From Ylistrum balloti (taxonomy: Eukaryota): a stretch of DNA of 64,000 bases. The translations under genes were made by a program, and so were the position numbers. The notes beneath the pieces are model-generated. The model searched no databases, was not told where the DNA came from, and worked only from the letters and a program-made list of their open reading frames with translations. The stretch is taken from the NCBI RefSeq assembly GCF_031769215.1, contig NW_026782003.1, positions 1,178,001 through 1,242,000 of the forward strand. The letters run 5' to 3'. This document shows, one piece after another, positions 62,873 to 64,000 of this stretch (the first letter of the stretch is position 1; the number at the start of each line of letters is the position of its first letter).

Positions 62873-64000
62873 GTAAATAGAATTATGATTAAATGTATGA
62901 TATGATACCTCCTTTCAGATCCGGATTCCATCATAGATAAGCGTAATGTCTGAGCTCCATCTATTACTCTATGAAATATACATTTATAAGATTAACCATT
63001 ACAGTATATGCCTACCCTACTAAAACAGCAGACTGTATCATCCCTGTCATTTTGATAATATTATATTTATACAGCTCCTGCTATTTCAGCAGTATACTAA
63101 TATCCATAACTTACAGAATGTGCGATTCCTGTGGGATACCGATGAAATTCACAAATGGGCCGGATGCTACTAGTATTAGTAACTATCTACCTACATATAA
63201 TGTCCCAGAGCCAGGTTGATGTTGGTGATGGGTTGCTTTATCAGTTAATTGTGCTGCACCAAAATCATTTCTAACATTTGTTGTATTTCAGAAAACCTTA
63301 TAATGTAACCAAAGTCAGAATATTGTAATCTGAAATCCAAAGCAGAAACCCCAAATAATCATTATCAATGTTTACAGCAACGTACCCGACATCTTAGGAG
63401 ACAATCACAGAGTTTAATATACGAAGTGTTAGATGACCCATTCATTGATAAAAATATAACCTCATAAAGTTGAAACAGCATTAGTGGGTGACTTGGTCAA
63501 AAAACAATCCACATGATTGCTTGTAACATGATTTCCACGAATATGCTCTATTTATAGTATGATTAAATCTACATCCTTGCATATCATCCGGCAAAATAAA
63601 TCCAACTGGGTATATGATGTATCATCTTTGTCTATAACAGATCAAGTCCCTTGGCAGACCTCTTGATGACAATACTAGATTACTATCCTTGTAGATTGGG
63701 GTGATTTCTTGGACACCTTTTGTTTAAGTAACATTGATATTGGTGAACCCAGAATTTAGTCTGCTGCATTCCACTGTAATTTCAGAGGGCGGGTCCCCTG
63801 CAGAATCAGATTTTCTCTGTCTTCCAAGGGAATTGAAGGAGACCAAAATATATCTGCTACCCCACTTAGGATCTTGATATTTTGCTCTCTTTTATTTCCT
63901 GCTTTGCCCCTTAAACTCTTTCATTGTATACTTTATACATGTTTAGCGTTAAATATACAATGTAGTTATATGTCTCCTTCTTGACATCCATCCTTATAAG

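Overview
AT-rich animal genomic DNA with spliced genes and no prokaryotic features or CRISPR arrays. The repeat families and gene content suggest a bivalve mollusc (inference). I assembled exon chains by hand and checked splice phase at every junction. Genes found: TMEM232 (minus, 14 coding exons, about 842 aa), head-to-head with LYRM7 (plus, 5 exons, 134 aa); a 2-exon, 130-aa uncharacterised helical gene nested antisense in a TMEM232 intron; a 6-exon, 184-aa four-TM protein of the TMEM217/LAPTM-like type (minus); an 11-exon, about 767-aa macrodomain PARP (minus); and the first coding exon of an unidentified plus-strand gene head-to-head with the PARP. The strongest candidate for a novel system is the PARP locus. 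It combines a predicted N-myristoylation start (MGSINS), two reader-type macrodomains, tandem PxxPxR motifs, a catalytic domain with the poly-ADP-ribosylating H-Y-E triad plus a CxxC-C-H cluster, and adjacent IRF and NF-kB-like sites in a shared promoter. Other notable items are a 6.7-kb diverged inverted duplication with conserved splice signals, a decayed Penelope-type hammerhead ribozyme motif, a possible 50-aa secreted peptide, and several minisatellites that repeat real splice donors. Most long ORFs in the supplied track are artefacts of tandem repeats. Family assignments come from recalled sequences, not from database searches.
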